From assembly GCA_026986135.1 (NCBI GenBank), contig JALSPD010000168.1, positions 1-24,138 of the forward strand: a stretch of 24,138 nucleotides of DNA. Direction: 5' to 3'. Position 1 is the stretch's first letter; each line of letters starts with the position of its first letter. Positions 22,386 to 24,138 of this stretch are shown here, piece after piece. A model generated the notes under the pieces. The model ran no database searches. It was not told the DNA's origin and worked only from the letters and a program-made list of their open reading frames with translations. A program made the translations under genes and the position numbers. This DNA comes from DHVE2 group archaeon. Its GTDB lineage: Archaea; Thermoplasmatota; Thermoplasmata; Thermoplasmatales; Aciduliprofundaceae.

Positions 22386-24138
22386 TTAACTTGCAAGCCA
22401 ATGAATTATATTATACATCAATTCTGCTCCGACACTGGCGTCCTTCTTCTCTACAGCCTCAAAGGAAAATGCTGTAAACACCGTCTTGAAGTTTCCATGC
22501 TGATAGGAGGCAGCAGTGATATAGCCCTTATAATCCACGAATACGGGATTTGCATCCGAGCGTATTCCAAGACGATCAGCATAGTTATGATATGGATACT
22601 TGAAGTACACCACGCCGAAATCACCGCTTATTGGATTGCCACTGAGACCATACACACGGGTATACCCAACATCATTCTGAACTTTCAATACACCAAGGTA
22701 ATCATTTGCAAATCTATTGTTCACAGCACCATCGTAACCACCGGTAACCTCCCATAGAAAGTCCTGAGATGAAAGATACAGTCTGCCACCATGTTCCAGG
22801 TACTTTATGAGATTTTGCTGGTCTTCTGGGGTAAGCGTGTATTTGTAAGTATATCCTGTACTCCATATCACAATGCCATAATTAATAAGATCTCTGTAAC
22901 TAGGGGAATAACCAATGCGATAAACATCCCATTCATAAACCTCAAACTCATTGGTCAACCCAGAATCTATCAAGGCCTGCTCAATATATTTATTCACCAC
23001 ACTTCCACCATCATCATCCACAAATAGAATCTTATTGGATAACAGTCCCGAATTAGCCGCATGCGGCGTCGCACTAACCTCATTGCTCTTATCGCTCTCA
23101 CCGTAGGAATTCACAGCGGTCACGTAGTAGTAATATGTCACTCCATTGCTAACTCCAGTATCCGTATAACTGTACGTTGAGCCTGATACCGACGCTAGGA
23201 ACGTCTCTCCACCCGATGTCGTGCCCCTGTATATCCTGTACTGCGTTATCACACTGCCTCCATTCTCACTCGGCGCAGTCCAGCTTAGCTTCACATACCC
23301 ATCTCCCGCCGTCGCCTGCAGGTTCAACGGTGCGCTCGGTGCACTGCCTCCATTGTTGCCTCCTCCGTTCATCAGCCACTCTATAATCCTCTTCATAAGC
23401 TGCGCTCCTGTGCTCGCACTGTTCTTCTCAACCGCCTCAAACGAGAACGCAGTGAATACGGTCCTGTACTTGCCTCCATCGTACCTCACTCCCGTAGCTG
23501 CTCCGCTGCTGTCCTTGAATATCACCACTCCTGATCCTACTCCCACCTCATCCGCATAGTTGTAGAACGGATAGCTTAGCGTTATGCTCCCAAATCCCCC
23601 GCTTATCGGATCTCCGCTCACTCCCTTGACCTCGCCGTAACTCTTGTCATTCGCTACACTGCTCACACCAAGATAGTTGTTCACAAATTCATTGCTTATC
23701 GCTCCATCATTCCCGCCACTCAAATCCCACAACAGATCCTGTGAACTCAAATACAGCTTCCCACCATTGTTCAAATACGCTATCAACGCATTCTGCTCCT
23801 CGCTCGTAAGCGTGTTCTCCCACATTGATCCCGTGCTCCATATCACAACCTTATACTTGCTCAGCGTGTTCGCATCAGGCGTGCCACTGCTCGCCGTGTC
23901 CCATACATCATAACCGTATCCTGCATCACTAAGTGCGCTCTTTATGTACGTATCATAATCCTTTCCCCCATCATCATCCACAAAGAGTATGTCCTTAGCC
24001 ACATTGCTCGCATGCGGCGTCGCACTAACCTCATTGCTCTTATCACTCTCACCGTAGGAATTCACAGCGGTCACGTAGTAGTAATACGTAACTCCATTGC
24101 TAACTCCGGTATCCGTATAACTGTACGTTGAGCCTGAT
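22386..24138 (-). CDS. 3' part of a large repetitive surface protein made of [fibronectin type III + ~210-aa ILFVDDDGG domain] units; 5' end lies outside the window
   Basis: Frame is open to the window edge (SGSTYSYTDTG...). FN3 segment APSAPLNLQATAGDGYVKLSWTAP...YRIYRG...YYYYVTAVNSYGES at ~23343-23064. Two homologous alpha/beta domains at ~23990-23372 and ~23030-22389. Confidence 0.88.
   Translation of the reverse strand, partial: SGSTYSYTDTGVSNGVTYYYYVTAVNSYGESDKSNEVSATPHASNVAKDILFVDDDGGKDYDTYIKSALSDAGYGYDVWDTASSGTPDANTLSKYKVVIWSTGSMWENTLTSEEQNALIAYLNNGGKLYLSSQDLLWDLSGGNDGAISNEFVNNYLGVSSVANDKSYGEVKGVSGDPISGGFGSITLSYPFYNYADEVGVGSGVVIFKDSSGAATGVRYDGGKYRTVFTAFSFEAVEKNSASTGAQLMKRIIEWLMNGGGNNGGSAPSAPLNLQATAGDGYVKLSWTAPSENGGSVITQYRIYRGTTSGGETFLASVSGSTYSYTDTGVSNGVTYYYYVTAVNSYGESDKSNEVSATPHAANSGLLSNKILFVDDDGGSVVNKYIEQALIDSGLTNEFEVYEWDVYRIGYSPSYRDLINYGIVIWSTGYTYKYTLTPEDQQNLIKYLEHGGRLYLSSQDFLWEVTGGYDGAVNNRFANDYLGVLKVQNDVGYTRVYGLSGNPISGDFGVVYFKYPYHNYADRLGIRSDANPVFVDYKGYITAASYQHGNFKTVFTAFSFEAVEKKDASVGAELMYNIIHWLAS
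23059..23187. repeat. Copy 1 of a near-identical intragenic direct repeat (C-terminal half of the FN3 domain)
   Basis: 125 of 129 nt identical to 24010-24138; period 951 nt (317 codons). Confidence 0.95.
24010..24138. repeat. Copy 2 of the intragenic direct repeat, truncated by the window edge
   Basis: 125 of 129 nt identical to 23059-23187; all 4 differences are synonymous. Confidence 0.95.

Noticed and set aside
23059-24138. Direct repeat considered as a CRISPR array or mobile-element end
   Set aside because: The period is a whole number of codons, the differences are synonymous, and there are no spacers, transposase or target-site duplication. It is a protein-domain repeat.

Overview
Gene-dense archaeal chromosomal window, about 35-40% GC by spot counts. 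Gene content suggests Thermoplasmatota, probably Aciduliprofundum/DHVE2-like (inference, no database search). The left half is a cell-surface block. It starts with a 5'-truncated membrane-anchored clostripain-family protease and a small Cys/His protein. Next is a tightly coupled four-gene minus-strand operon (12437->2045) encoding a ~1544-aa membrane-anchored Ca2+/Ig-repeat surface protein, two small pilin-like proteins, and a 1592-aa protein. That last protein has a pilin-like N-terminus and an intact bacterial-type GH25 muramidase (lysozyme) inserted mid-sequence behind a Gly/Asn linker. Divergent from the operon are two KaiC/RAD55/GvpD-like proteins with degenerate P-loops. The right half is mostly housekeeping: rnhB, an Lhr-type helicase, aIF-2beta-TRAM, a PIN protein, the CTP-dependent riboflavin kinase/regulator, pyrI, pyrB and two PhoU/TrkA_C paralogs. 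It ends in the 3' part of a repetitive fibronectin type III surface protein. The top hypothesis is a pilus-tip-like (TadE/F/G-style) surface assembly that displays a peptidoglycan hydrolase for contact-dependent attack on bacteria. No rRNA, tRNA, CRISPR array or mobile element was seen.
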